Of a DNA stretch of 64,000 nt, positions 50,188 to 63,298 are shown in pieces. The notes beneath the pieces are model-generated. The model was given only the letters and a program-made list of their open reading frames with translations. It did no database searches and was not told the origin of the DNA. The DNA comes from Podarcis liolepis (lineage: Eukaryota), in assembly GCA_965112155.1 (NCBI GenBank), contig OZ218104.1; one strand, written 5' to 3'. Within the stretch, counting starts at the first letter, position 1, and each line of letters opens with the position of its first letter. The position numbers and the translations under genes were made by a program.

Positions 50188-51324
50188 CAGAAAGGGGTCA
50201 GGGACATCGCAAATCCCTTGGAGGGCCAGATACATCTTTATCCACTGCAGCACAAAGGAATGTGTTATGGAAAGCACCATGTGCCTTGGTATTATCTGAG
50301 GCTGTGTGTATGCCTTTAAAGCACATCCAAAGCACATTCCCTGCCTCAAAGAATCCTGGGCACTGAACTGTGAGGCTATCCTGGGTTCTTGGCGCAGCAA
50401 CAGAGCAGGCCGGAGGGGTAGGGAGTCAGGAAACCCTTTCGGTCTAGGGTAGGATTTGAGGCCTTAGCACCTCACCTTGGGCCAGAAAGAGACAGAGTGG
50501 GGGTGCCAGTGGTGTGTTGCCCACCCTGCTGCCCAGCAGTGAGACTGTTCATGGGGAGGTACTGAGCAGTCTGCCAGGAGACATGACCGCCCGGCTGCTG
50601 CTGGATGGCCTAGCACAGGAAGGAGAATCCTGTGAGCCAGCCATCACCCTGCCTCCACAGAGTGAGGTTGCCCTGGCAACCGAGGAAGCACATAGGCCTG
50701 AGTAGGACAGTGAGCTGGCCAAGGATTCATGTGCCATCTCCAAGGATGGATCCTCAGATGCACTAGCGCAAGCAGGCGCAGCCTACTGGCAGGAGTGCCC
50801 ATTTGCATGCACAGTCCCAGTGGGAACTGTGTGAAAGATTGTGCCCAACTCACTCTTTGAAAGTGGGTGGGGTGGGGTCAGGCATTGGGACAACATCTTA
50901 GCTTCTATGTTAAGAGCTCAGCTTCTGAACCAATGCTTCTCAACTATGACTAATATTGTTGTTATTATATTTATTTATATCCTGCCTTTCCCCCCAGGCC
51001 TAGACTCAAGGCAGCTTACACAAATTAAAATGACACAGATAAAATTCAAAAACTAAAAACATATAAAAGTTAATTCTTAAAATGTAATTAAATTCTAATA
51101 GAATTAAAACAATATTTAAAACACAGACAGTAAAAACAGCATAGCACATTTAAAAGCCACTTCCTAAAAAAAAAAAAACCAGCTAGTTTCCAAAGGCCTG
51201 CCAGAATAAAACATTCTCCACCTGCCAGCAGAAGGACAACAAGGAGGGAGCCAGTCTAGCTTCTCTAGAAGTTCCAAAGTCTGGGAGATGCCACTGAGAA
51301 AGCCCTCTTCCATTGGATCCCCAA

Positions 51325-51880
51325 TGTAATGAACTGGCAGCTCAACTGGGAGGAGGAAGAAGAGGATCCCAGCAAGGGGTGTAGCCGGGACTGGGACACA
51401 CCGGGGAGGCAAGCAGGGGATGGGGAAGGAAAGGTTGGTGTAGGAAGTACTCACGGGGTGAAAGAGGATGGCGAGGGGAGGGAGTCAGTGCAGAGGAACC
51501 AGAGCAGAGGACCCATCACCAGAGCCAGAGGGGGCCCTGTTTCCACGAACACAATGGGCTCTGAGGCATAAGGAGCAGCAGACAGGGTGCTCTAGGAGGC
51601 TGAGGCAGGCAAGGGTCCACAGCCCAGCTCCCTAGCTGGCCAGGTGGGGCTCGCTAGCTCTGGGAAGATGTGATTCCTCAGATGGAGCAGGCTTAGAACA
51701 GGTGAGGGTCACCTGCCTCGTCAAGCCCAGATGCTGCAATCAGCATGCAACGTACCAAAGGGAAGCAGAGCTGAGGTGCTGTTTCTGCTCAACTGCCCAT
51801 GTTGATGGACCTTGGCTTGGACCCTAGACTGAGAACTTGACATACCGACTTGCCAGGAGGTAGGCCAGGGCTTCAGGACA
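51325..51880 (+). mobile_element. Probable old solo LTR inserted in an L2 fragment
   Basis: TGTAATG...CAGGACA ends; splits an L2-like sequence (~50970-52000); TSD degenerate. Confidence 0.4.
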
Positions 51881-52382
51881 CCCGCCAAGCATTCCTGTGG
51901 GGGTGGTGGGACTGCTAGAAGGGCCTCCCCTAATGATCCCAGAGCCCCAAGCAGGTTCGTATGGAAGCTTCAGATAGGCTGGGCCTAAACTGTGTGCTGA
52001 TTCTTGGAATAAAGCCTTTGGGAATTTTCGAGCTGAGTGTCCAATTGTTGTATCCAAAAGTGGGAGCCCAGGCACTTGCTGGCTCAATGCATCTTTCAGG
52101 GCACTTGGAAGATAAAGTGATTTAGCACAAATTTTAAAATTGATTGTCACAATAAACAGGCTGCTAAAATGGCACGATCAGGTGTTTTGCCCCTTCCTTA
52201 TCCACGTGGTTAAGTTATGCCCTCTCGGTCTGAACAAGACATAATTAATCGCATTCATATCCTGCCTTCATATCCCAGGAGTTCAAGGCATCATACACAA
52301 TGGGGTGTATATTGCCCTGTTCCTTCTGATGTGTTCGAAAGTCCGTTGCAATTCCACATGCGGCTCACAGTGGAAGTGCAAT

Positions 52383-52765
52383 CAGGGGCATAGGAATGAC
52401 AAGCAGTGGGGGCGGACTGCCCCGGGTGCCCTCACTGAGGGGGGTGACATTCGGCGTGCTGCCTGCCCACAACTCCCAAGCCTACCCCAAGCCGTTGGGG
52501 TAAGGGGGGAAGCTGCATTGCTTTTCCGGCAGCATTCCCCCCCTTCCCCCTTCATTTTGACAGCTTGGGGAAGGTTTGGCAGTCGCGGGTGGGCGGCGGG
52601 CTGAATGTCCCCCATGAGTGGCTCGCTTTGTCCCCGGCTGCAGGGCGCGTGCACCGCTCTGGGGCACCTGAGCAGCTATCCTGTGCCTGGAAGGGCACCC
52701 TCTGTGCCACACACCCCTCGGGAGCGTGCCCGCCCTGGGCAGTACGGGCACATGCTCCGCCACTG
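52383..52765. mobile_element. GC-rich hAT-type MITE
   Basis: Perfect 8-bp TSD AGTGCAAT (52375-82, 52766-73); imperfect TIR caggggcatag / ctccgccactg. Confidence 0.8.
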
Positions 52766-54898
52766 AGTGCAATGAGCAAACAGGGTTTCTAGCCCTCTGG
52801 AAGCATCTTTGTTTTGAATCGTCTCATTTCTTTGTCGGTGATATTTGACAGGGTAGGGGGGCTGCCGTACGTCCGGAATTTCCCAGGCATTACTGGGATT
52901 TCAAAGGCAGAATGGATGTCCAGGGGGAATTCTAAAAAAAGATCTACAATTTTGGGGGTGCCCTGGTTTTTACTTGTTGAAATATGGCAACCCTATGATG
53001 GAGCCATTGCAGCTGATGTGCTTGGCAGACTTTTGCAAATCTAGGTGACTCCAGATTAAATGGAGGGGAAATCGTCTCGCATTTGTCATACTGGCATTGC
53101 ATGGGTGCTGTGAAATACTTGCATGCATTGAGGTATTAGGTTGTCTGTAGCAATTTCCTGTTACCCTGAATCCTGGAACTGTCTATGCTGTTTCTTAAAC
53201 ACGGGTTATAACCCTGCTTAGGGCAACTGTTAGACTGAGCTTAAGGCAGCTGCTGAAATTGATTCCCACACCAAAACACCCACTAGCTGAGTGTGAACAC
53301 CAGAACTTTCCCGCTGTGTCTATGTTTGACGTCTATTCGCGAGCGCACTTAAAAACAAAAATTCTAACACAGCATGGGTTCCCTGTTACTTATCAGAGAA
53401 GGCATTCCCATTATGGGAGAAGCTGCAATTGTCATCAGTCTATGCCTCATGCTTCCTGGCTTTTACTTATGCAATGACAGTCAAATGTCTGGTGCTCTGC
53501 TCAGCCAATGGAAAGAATCCACTTAAATTCAGGTGTGGGAATATTTTCCAGCTTGAGGGCCACATTCCCATCTGGGGGCCACATGCCGGTGGTGGGCAGG
53601 ACCAGGGGCAAAAGTGGGCAGAACAACATATGTAAATTTTGCCTTTGTACACTAGGCTACTTCCTGCACACACATGTCTCTGTCTTCCATCCAGGTTAGC
53701 AAGAGGCATCATCAGAGCTCAAGGACAGGCAAAAATAGTTGGGTGTGAAGCACAGCTAGTGAGGGGTGCAGCCCAGAGAGAGAGTCCCAAGGGCCACTCT
53801 CTGGCCCTCTGATTTACTTGATGCCAGGCCAGGCATAGGAATGGGAGAGAAACTTGGTTTAGTTTGGATTTTAATACAAACCTTCTTAATTCACACTTCC
53901 TGAAACAAGACATGGAATATATTTGAATACACAGAATATATTTGAAATTCACTCATCTCTGAATTTTGCAATGCAGTTCTCCAACCCAAAAATGTGTAGG
54001 GGGGGAAACTTACATTAGAGGAAAGTTTGAATAACAATAATGCACAATTGGTAAAAATGACATACAAAATGCATTATATAGGGGGACGTCATTTGCAAAA
54101 AGTATGCATATTAAGCCAAATTGCATACAGAAATGTATGTGTCAGGAAAATTTTGCACTAAAATGCTGATGAATTTTCATGAGGAACCTTTTAAAAAAAT
54201 CACAAAGGGGTGTAGAAATGTGGGGAACAAACTTTAAGACTGGGAAAAATGAGAAACTGAAACTGAATAGATTTGTTCTTTCTTATCCACTGGTTATTGC
54301 AGGGGATAGCTTCTACTATTCCAATCCCAGATTGTTGGACTGGAATGTTCTCATTTAAGCTGTCATAAATTAAGTTCCTTTAAAAATTAAAAAGTGTAAC
54401 TGACTCTCTTTTTTACACAAACCCACACACGAAAAACCAAACACATCTCACTGCTTCTCAGTGGACACATGAACATCTCATATCTCAAACTGAAATGCAC
54501 ATGTTTGGCATAGAGACTAAAGCAATATATTAGTATCTAGAAAGAAGTTGGAATTTTTAAAGCATGATTTCAAGTTTGTTCAGACAAACCATACTTAAAA
54601 CTAACCATAGTTTGTTGTGGTTAAAATATAACTATAAACTGCGGCTTGTTGAAAACAGACAAGTGCTTCCAAAGTGCTACTCATTGCTATATCAAAAAAG
54701 GAAAAGGGAGGTGGGCGGGTGAGAGGCCAAGGCTCACCAGACTTGTTCCCATAGCACTAATCTATGGCTTAGCATTGACTAAATGGAGCTCCTATGTTCC
54801 TGTCAGACAGTTTTCTTGCTTGTTTGATTTTTAAAAGCCTTTGAAACTACAAAAATTCCTTCCAGTAGCACCTTAAAGACCAACTAAGTTAGTTCTTG

Positions 54899-54936
54899 GT
54901 ATGAGCTTTCGTGTGCATGCACACTTCTTCAGATAC
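54899..54936 (-). ncRNA. Minimal type I hammerhead ribozyme motif in 3' pLTR (sense to the ORF)
   Basis: GUAU-CUGAAGA-A-GUGUGCAUGCACAC-GAAA-GCUC-AUAC: conserved core, palindromic stem II, palindromic AGCU stem III. Confidence 0.75.
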
Positions 54937-55116
54937 ACTGAAACAGAAGTTGCCAGATCCTTCTATATAGTGAGAAGGTGGGGAGGGGTATTACTCAGAA
55001 GGGTGGTGGGAATGGGTGATTGGCAGATAGCTGAGATGAGCCTGTTGACGACTCTTAACGACTGCAATAGGTCTTACAGGAAAAGGCAAGGGGTGAGAAG
55101 GTGAAAAATGGCTTAG

Positions 55117-56190
55117 TCATGTATAATGAGATAAGAATCCAATGTCTCTGTTCAGACCAGGTCTCTCCATGGTTTTAAGTTTGGTAATGAGTTGCAATTC
55201 AGCAGCTTCTCTTTCCAGTCTATTTCTGAAATTCCTTTGTAGTAAAACAGCTACTTTGAGATCTTGTATAGAATGTCCTGGGAGACTGAAGTGTTCTCCT
55301 ACTGGTTTCTCTGTTTTGTGATTCTTGATGTCTGATTTATGTCCGTTTATTCTTTGGCGTAAGGTTTGGCCTGTTTGTCCAATATAGAGAGCTGAAGGAC
55401 ACTGTTGGCATTTGATGGCATACACAATGTTAGGCGATGAGCAATTAAATAGTCCCGAGATGGTATGTGTGATGTTGTTGGGGCCAGTAATGGTGTTGTC
55501 CGGGTGTATGTGGCAGCAAAGTTGGCATCTGGGTTTATTGCAGGCTCTGGTGCCAGTGTCCGTGTTAAGTCTGGTTGTAGTATTATTGTGAGTTAGGAGT
55601 TGTTTAAGATTGGGTGGCTGTCTGTAGGCAATGAAAGGTCTTCCTCCCAGAGCTTGAGAAAGAGAACTGTCATTGTCCAGGAGAGGTTGTAGGTCTCTGA
55701 TGATGCGTTGTACTGTTTTAACTTGGGAGCTGTATGTGATGACTAGAGGTGTTCTGTTATTTTCTTTTTTGGGTCTGTCTTGCAGCAAGTTCTCTCTGGG
55801 TATTAGTCTGGCTCTGTTGATCTGTTGTCTAACTTCATCTGCTGGGTATTTTAGTTCTAAAAAGGTTTGCTGTAGATCTCTTAGGTGAGAGTCTCTGTCT
55901 GTAGAATTGGAACAGATGCGGCTGTAACGTAGTGCCTGGCTATATACAATGGACTGTTTGGTATGTTTGGGATGGTAGCTAGAGGCATGTAGATATGTTT
56001 GTCGGTCAGTTGGTTTACGGTATAAGGTGGTGTCTATGCGCCCATCCTGTATTTTTATAGTAGTGTCCAAAAAATGTATTTCTTGCATAGATTGATTCAT
56101 TGTTAGGTTGATTGTGGGGTGAAAATCATTAAATTTCTGGTGAAAGGTGTCCAGGGTCTGTTGACCATGTGTCCAGATGATAAAAATATC
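55117..56190 (-). pseudogene. Penelope-like ORF fragment: RT C-terminus/thumb, Cys-rich linker, GIY-YIG endonuclease
   Basis: DIFIIWTHG (end of the YxDD motif), FLDTTI, LYRKPTD, YLHASSYHP, CNKPRCQLC, VYAIKC..LYIGQTGQTLRQRINGH. No internal stops, but truncated inside the RT. Confidence 0.92.
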
Positions 56191-56278
56191 GTTACAGACC
56201 CATTCCCACCACCCTTCTGAGTAATACCCCTCCCCACCTTCTCACTATATAGAAGGATCTGGCAACTTCTGTTTCAGT

Positions 56279-56316
56279 GTATCTGAAGAAGTGTGCATGC
56301 ACACGAAAGCTCATAC
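56279..56316 (+). ncRNA. Minimal hammerhead ribozyme motif in inverted pLTR
   Basis: gtatCTGAAGAagtgtgcatgcacacGAAAgctcatac. Confidence 0.75.
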
Positions 56317-56695
56317 CAAGAACTAACTTAGTTGGTCTTTAAGGTGCTACTGGAAGGAATTTTTTTATTTGGACTATGGCAGACGAACACGGCTACCTAT
56401 CTGTATTTGAAACTACAAACATTTGTATTTCTGTGTACCTAGGATGCTTTCTGAGTTAGGTAGAAGCCACCACCTTCTTTCAGGGTGGCTCCTTACCACT
56501 TCTGTATTGACAGGCATTCAAAGGCAGATCCACAGTATACATTCAAATCACATGACTTTCCCCAAAGGATCCTGGGAACTGTCATTTGTTAAGGGTGCTA
56601 GGAGCTACGTCTCTGTGAGGGAGAAATCATAGCTCCCAGGATTATTTGGGGGGAGTCATGTCCTTTTAAAATGTTTGTCAGATGTGCTTTAAATA

Positions 56696-56932
56696 CAGTC
56701 ATACCTCGGGTTGAAGTAGCTTCAAGTTAAGTATTTTCGGGTTGCGCTCTGTGGTGACCCAGAAGTAACGGAGCAGGTTACTTCTGGGTTTCGCGGCTTG
56801 TGCATGCTCAGATGCACAAAATGACGTCACGAGCATGCACGAAAGTGGCGAAATGCGACCCACACATGCGCAGACATGCAGATGCATGTTACGTTTACTT
56901 CAGGATCCTGTTCGTATCCAGAGGTACCACTC
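56696..56932. mobile_element. Tc1/mariner MITE, second subfamily
   Basis: ta|CAGTCATACCTC...GAGGTACCACTc|ta; related to 58935-59180. Confidence 0.75.
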
Positions 56933-58282
56933 TATACAGTATGGATCTGCCCTCAACCATTCGAGTTTACTATTAGAGTGAACAAGTGGGAACTGCAACA
57001 AAGTTATGCAAAATGGGGTGCTTCTGTTTAGGGTGCAAGCGAGGCATTCTGAATCAACACCCCCAATATTGCCTAGCCCCACACTTGAAAGTACCTTAAA
57101 TTTTACTGTTTATTGCATTTTTATCCTGCAAGGAACTCAAGGCATTGTAAAGGTCTTCCTCTGATTTTTGTCTTCACAACAGTCTATGTGGTAGGTTTGA
57201 CTGAGAGATAATGACTGCCTTCAAACCACCCATTGGGAAGGTGTGTTTCAACCTGGGTCTCCCCAGTCCTAATGCAGTACTCTAACTGACTACATTGGCA
57301 TTGTCTCCATCTGTCCCCCCCCAAAAAATCTCAACCCTCATGGCGTCCCCTTTAAGCAGGTCAGTTTGCCCTTCTGAGTGGTAGAGACTGCCCTGCTATT
57401 CATTGCTACAGAAACCCTCACTTGTCCCATTTTGCCCATGCTGAATCTAAACTCTCTCTCTCTCTTGTCATTCTTCCAACAGCTCCAGTTTCTCAGTCAC
57501 TTCTCCATGAAATGAAAGGCAAGACAACTGACCTTGGGAGGCTCTTGAGAGGCTGGGGGTGGAATTGGTACAGTGACACCACCTCCTCTTCTTTCCTTGG
57601 CATTCCCTCCACAGTGGCTCAATTCCGAGACAGAGTCCCGGGCAGAGAGAATTACACCAAGTGAGCCATAAGGTACAAGCAAAGCATCTGTGATTTGAGG
57701 CCAGCTAGGATCAAGCAGGGGAGAGTTTTGGAGGCTAATGTGTCCAACCCAGACGATTTTGGAACTGTTTATTTCAGTTTCTCTCATATTCTCATGTTGT
57801 TCAACCTTAATTTCAGTGCTCCATATTTCAACAACAATTTGCCATTTTTGTTTAAATTCTCATGAAAATCCAGCAGCATTTTAGTGCACATTTCTCCTAA
57901 CAGACTTTTTTTTGCCGAATATTCACATTTTTGCACACACACCCCAGTATCGTGTGCATTTATATGCACACTTTACCCTAGTATATGCATTTTTGTAAAC
58001 TTCACTGGGCTAAAAAAAACTGCATTGAAAAATCTGGACAAGTGCAAATTTAAAATGATGACCATGTTTTCCGTTCTCAGATTGTTTTGGAAAGTGCAAA
58101 TTAGGGAGATTTGACTTTAAGTGGGAACTGAATTGAGTTTCTCCCCAGTCCCTTCTTGGGAGAGGCATGAACAGAGAGATGTTTTTCTCCCTTTCTCATA
58201 ATATTAGAGATTGGAGTCACCTGATGAAGCTAAATTGCAGGAGATCCATGATGACACAGAAAAGGAAGCACAACTTCACATA

Positions 58283-58637
58283 AGGTAAAGGGCCCCCTGA
58301 CCATTAGGTCCAGGCGTGGCCGACTCTGGGGTTGGGGTTTCAGCGCTCATCTTCCTTCACTGGCCGAGGGAGCCGGCTTACAGCTTCCGGGTCATGTGGC
58401 CAGCATGACTAAGCCACTTCTGGCGAACCAGAGCAGCGCACGGAAACGCCGTTTAGCTTCCCGCCGGAGCGATACCTATTTATCTACTTGCACTTTGACG
58501 TGCTTTTGAACTGCTAGGTTGGCAGGAGCAGGGACCGAGGAACGGGAGCTCACCCCGTCGTAGGGATTCAAACCGCCGACCTTCTGATCGGCAAGTCCTA
58601 GGCTCTGTGGTTTAACCCACAGCCCAACCCGCGTCCC
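58283..58637 (-). mobile_element. Full-length Sauria SINE inside a CR1 fragment
   Basis: 5' end gggacgcggg on the - strand; TSD CTTCACATA at 58274-82 and 58637-45. Confidence 0.88.
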
Positions 58638-58934
58638 TTCACATAGTACATAGTTAAACTAGACACAGTTATGTCCACCAATTTGAATGGATTTCAAAGG
58701 GGAGCAGACGGACCAATGTTTAACATGGGTACTTTAGGGATGCCTTGGGTTTTTAAAAAAATGGTTCGTGTGCTATCCTTCAGGTTTCCTAAGGGGATGG
58801 GTTCTGGCTCAGTGGTAGGGAACTTGCATTGCATACAGAAGGTCCCAGGTTCAAACCCTGTCAGAAACCCTGACAAGCACTGCCCGTCTGTGAAGACAAT
58901 ACTCAGCTAGATGAATCAGTGGTCTGACTCAGTA

Positions 58935-59180
58935 CAGTGGTACCTCTGGTTGCGAATGGGATCCATTCCGGAGCCCCATTCGCAACATGAGCAGAACACA
59001 ACCCGCGTCTGCGCGTGTCACAATTTGCTGCTTCTGTGCATGCGCACGACATCATTTTGAGCATCTGCGCATGCGTGAGCGGCAAAACCCAGAAGTAACC
59101 TGTTCCGTTACTTCCGGGTTGCTGCGTGATGTATCCTGAAAGAACGTAACCTGAACCAGACGTAACAAGAGGTATGACTG
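58935..59180. mobile_element. Tc1/mariner MITE nested in a SINE tail
   Basis: ta|CAGTGGTACCTC...GAGGTATGACTG|ta, interrupting ggtctgactcagta/tcaggtagcttcct. Confidence 0.85.
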
Positions 59181-59697
59181 TATCAGGTAGCTTCCTGCAT
59201 AAGGATCCTGAAGTGAGAGCGGGGGGGGGGGGAGACAGAGCCCCTGTGAGGTAGGAAATGTATGGTGTATGTGAGCCCCTAACTGACAGGGTGATTGTTA
59301 CACTTTCCCCAACACTTACTGGATGTTCCAATTGATGTATCCTACTGAAGATACCTGGAATATATTCTGGCCATGGATATGGTGTTTTTGGAAGGGAATA
59401 GGCTCCCAGCTGCCTCTCGTTTTGTCCTGGGGTTGATGAAAGATACTTGGGATATACCTCAGCACCGAGTTTAATTGGACTTATTTCCAGGTAAATCTCT
59501 GTAGGACTGCATCCTTAGATACACAGGGGAAAAGGGAGCTTTGACTGCATCAACTCCAACTCTAGAAGAGTTGGACCCAGCTCCCATGGTTCTTGAAGTT
59601 CTTTAGCTTTAGACTGGACTTGGACTCAGCAGCTCTTCAGGCAGAGGACTGTCTTCTGTAAGGTTAGGCACCTGGCCACCATTTAAAGGCCTTATAC

Positions 59698-59946
59698 CAG
59701 GGGTTGGCAAACTTTTTCAGCAGGGGGCCAGTCCACTGTCCCTCAGACCTTGTGGGGGGCTGGACTATATGGAGGCGGGTGGAATGAACGAATTCCTATG
59801 CCCCACAAATAACCCAGAGATGCATTTTAAATAAAAGGACACATTCTACTCATGTAAAAACATGTGATTCCCAGACCGTCCGCAGGCCAGATTTAGAAGG
59901 CGATTAGGCTGGATCCAGACCCTGGGCCATAGTTTGCCTACCCATG
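59698..59946. mobile_element. hAT (Charlie-like) MITE
   Basis: TIR caggggttggcaaact / agtttgcctacccatg; 8-bp TSD ccttatac/ccttatag. Confidence 0.8.
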
Positions 59947-61338
59947 CCTTATAGTAAGTGTACTTAAGACTGCAGTCTTCATCTGCTACCAAGGCCTCTG
60001 CTCTGAACAGATTTTGGCTTCCTCCGGGCTGAGCTTTTCAAGCAACCGAGCAATCTAAGGAGGGTTTTGTTATTTTGCATAAAATGGAATGGCAATCTCC
60101 TACTTTTTTTAAACTAGCATTTCAGATAATACTATAACAAGAGAGAGAGGGAGGGGAGAAAATAAAACAAGAAAGCATTTTTTTAAAAAGAGCAAACAAA
60201 AACTTATTCAAGTAGGTAACAGTTTCTCCCACTACGGTGAAATGTAGTTCTGTTTAAATTATGGTAACTATTCCTAAATGTGTGTGTGTGTGTGTGTGTG
60301 TATTAGCATATGCACATTTTGTGCAAATCTGTGTCTTCCCTTTTTGGGTACATGTAAGTGGCCACCCTAGAAACAAGCCTGATGCCTTCTCTGAGTAATA
60401 TTGCAAACTGATTCAGGGGGTGGTTGTGAGCAAAAGAACCTTTTAAGCCATGGCCTTCACAGATAGACACACTTTGCCCTTTTGCTTGCTTTCCAGGTGC
60501 TAGGCAAATAACGTTTGTTTTTAAGGTCTTTTAAACCTCATCCTGTGTTGCACTTTTTTCACAGTTGTTCAGCTCTGTTAATATACATTGGGCCCCAGGT
60601 CCGTGGGCAACCCTATTTTTTTTGGTTTTATGGCAGAGCAGTCACAAGTTGCAAAGGAGTAACTAATCTGTGCCAGATGATCTTGGGTATGGACTCTTGC
60701 ACATGGCTACTAAGAGCAGACAGCAAATCAAGTGGAAGTGAGATAAGGGTATGTCATTAAGAGGAAGAGGCTGGCAGAGGCCTGATGTGTGGTTTTGCAG
60801 CTCCTCCATCTGACTCTTCTCATCCGCCTCACCCGGGCAGCTAAAATCTCCAGCCGCGTCTGTGCCATTGCAAGCAGCCAAGGAGCTCCCAGCAAAGGGT
60901 TCATTGTGCTGATGGCGTCTCAAGAGCAGAGCAGAGAGGATGGCCACCGTCTTGCAGCCCCCGTTTCTATACCGTTTGCCAATTGGAGGCTCTGGTGACA
61001 ACACAAGAAAGATTAAGGAGAGTGGGGTGGAATGGCCAGAAAGCTCATCTCGTGGGCTTTAGGACACGGGAAGCAAATTGGCGGGTAGGAGCAGCTTCTT
61101 AAGAGTGGCCTCATGTGCAATTTTTCTTTTCTTTTAAAAATGACACTTCCCGGCCTCTCTTTGTGCACTAGGCTATTTCTGTGAACACTGGATCAATGTG
61201 GGCGAGAAGGGCAAAAGGGAGGCATTTGTTATGCAGACAAGCAGCATGGCACAAGGTGGTTCCATATTCACACTACAAAAAGATTACTGATTAAGATGAG
61301 AGTTAATACTCCATCCAGCCCACTGTTCTATTCAAATA

Positions 61339-61563
61339 CAGTGGTACCTCGGTTTACGAACTTAAACCGAGTTCTGGAAGTCTGTTCTTAAACTGAGGTG
61401 CACTTTCCCTAATGAGGCATCCCAGCGCCGGTGCCCTTCCACCGTTTGGCTTCCGTTCTTAGACCGAAGTAAACTTCGCAAACCGGGACACTACGTCCGG
61501 TTTTGAGGAGTTCTTAAGCCAATAGTTCGTAAACAGGGCTGTTCTTAAACCGAGGTACCACTG
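61339..61563. mobile_element. Tc1/mariner MITE, third subfamily
   Basis: ta|CAGTGGTACCTCGGTTTA...TAAACCGAGGTACCACTG|ta. Confidence 0.88.
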
Positions 61564-63159
61564 TAACACTCAAAGCATACTTTTGTTGTATATTGTATTG
61601 TAGGACAATATATACTAATAAAATTATATATTGGATATAATCATATCAAGAACAAGAATATATTCCATTTGCTATATTCCACTTCTTGTCTCCATCAGAG
61701 CAGGGTATGACTAACACTCACATTGTTTGCAAGCAGTAGCTCCTAATATAATGCATATTCCTGTTATGTTTAATGAATAGATTCTTTTTTATGCACACTT
61801 CCCCTAATAGATGCATTTTTGTACACATTGACTGGTTTGAGAACTGCATTGCAAAATTCAGATGAATGTGAATTTTGAAGGATGGCTGTTTTTTGTTCTC
61901 ATATTGTTTTGGAAATGGGTAGATTTACCTTTAAATGCAAACTTTCATATCTGTATAAATGTACTGCATCTATGTGCTGGCGAGGATGTGGGGGGAGAGG
62001 ATAGGTACTTTGGATGGACATGTCCAAAAGTGGCAAATTTGGGGGAACAAGTGTTTAATGAGATACGTAACATTACAACATCAGCGCTTCACAATGTCTC
62101 CAGAGCTTGTGGTACTGAATCTGTATTTAAATGAGAATCGGGACCTGGTAGATAAATCTCTGTTTGCCTCTCCTTTGCCTTACTGCCCACTGGCCAGATG
62201 GAGCAAGTAGCAGGCAGCTGCTCTGGCTATGGAGGAGTTTTTGGAATGTGTTAAATGAAAAAGCACAGGACCCCCCTATTTTCTGCTTGATTCATTTTGT
62301 TTTGCTGCCTGTCAGCCACATGGAGCTCTAGGCAGCATCTACTTTTTAAAAAAGCTTCTTCTGGGGTGTGGAAAGCATGAGAATCGCATGTTGCTCATTT
62401 TGTTGCCTGCCAGGTACATAGCAGGCAGCTGCTTGAGGGGATATTTGGAAAGGGTGGTGGTGGAGGAAGAAACATGGGAATCCAGCAATTGTCTTTTTGC
62501 TGCTGTGTTTGTTTTGGTTCTGCTTGTATGTTGAGAGCTACCTTAGAGGTTGGAACATAAGGATGAAGGGAAGATGCGGCAATGCTTTCCTGCACTCCAT
62601 ATAACAGAGATTGTTCCCAAGCTGTTGGAGTGGGGGGAGCCCAGTGCAGAGGCACCATAATAATCATACCCGCTTTTTCCTGATTATTCTCCTTGTATAC
62701 TCTTAATTTGGAAATATCACTGTTTATGTTTAGGTTGCCATGAATAGGGCCCTTAAAAAGTGTTGTGCACAGAGCCCCACCAACCAGAAATCCACCACTG
62801 ATGAAAGCAGCAGCAAATGGCTACTTGTCTAATGTGTCATTGCTGGCTTTTGTTTCCTGCCAAGGAGAGGTACTTTGGGGGGTTTTCTGCGTCAGGTGCC
62901 AAAATAGAGTGTCTAGCCTCTGCATCCCCTCCTCATCCTGCAAATGTCTTGGCGTGTCCTTGTTCTAAGGATGCAGTTCTGAGCACTCAGTGGAATATAT
63001 GTGCACAGGATCAGGCAATAATTCCCCAAGAAAACACATTGCTTTTCTCTGACACTTGAAAAAGCAGGCATGTCTGATGCATGCACAACACAGCTTGGGA
63101 AGACGTCCCACTGAATTTATGTTTCTAAACATCCCTAGTGCATTCCACTGCACCTGTGG

Positions 63160-63298
63160 CAGATGTGGGGAACCTTTGCCCTCCACAGCTGTTTCTGAAC
63201 TACAGCTTCCATCACCCCTGGCTATTGGCCAAGCTTGCTGAGGCTGATGGGAGTTGTTGTTCAGCAACCACTGGAGGGTCCAAGGTTCCCCAAACCCC
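63160..63298. repeat. Short ~130-bp palindromic MITE family (also ~5250-5385, 11128-11260, 34746-34880)
   Basis: gtggggaacct...actacagcttccatca...tgatgggagttgttgt...aggttcccca inverted structure recurring across the window. Confidence 0.6.

Larger units (their letters stand above)
54854..56405 (-). mobile_element. 5'-truncated Penelope-like retroelement with inverted pseudo-LTRs
   Basis: RT/GIY-YIG ORF flanked by ~160-bp near-perfect inverted repeats (~54852-55010 vs ~56198-56365). 14-bp direct repeat TTTGAAACTACAAA at 54840-53 and 56406-19. Confidence 0.93.

Noticed and set aside
52383-52765. CpG-rich patch as the promoter of a neighbouring gene such as WASF2
   Set aside because: Bounded by TIRs and a perfect 8-bp TSD, so it is a hAT MITE; no WASF2 coding exons were recognised in the window.
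53830-58150. Inverted AT-rich repeats (~53830-54285 and ~57750-58150) flanking the Penelope element as one composite transposon
   Set aside because: The same old dispersed repeat also occurs at ~3530-3700, 38090-38380 and 61740-61950; copies are highly diverged with no shared TSD.
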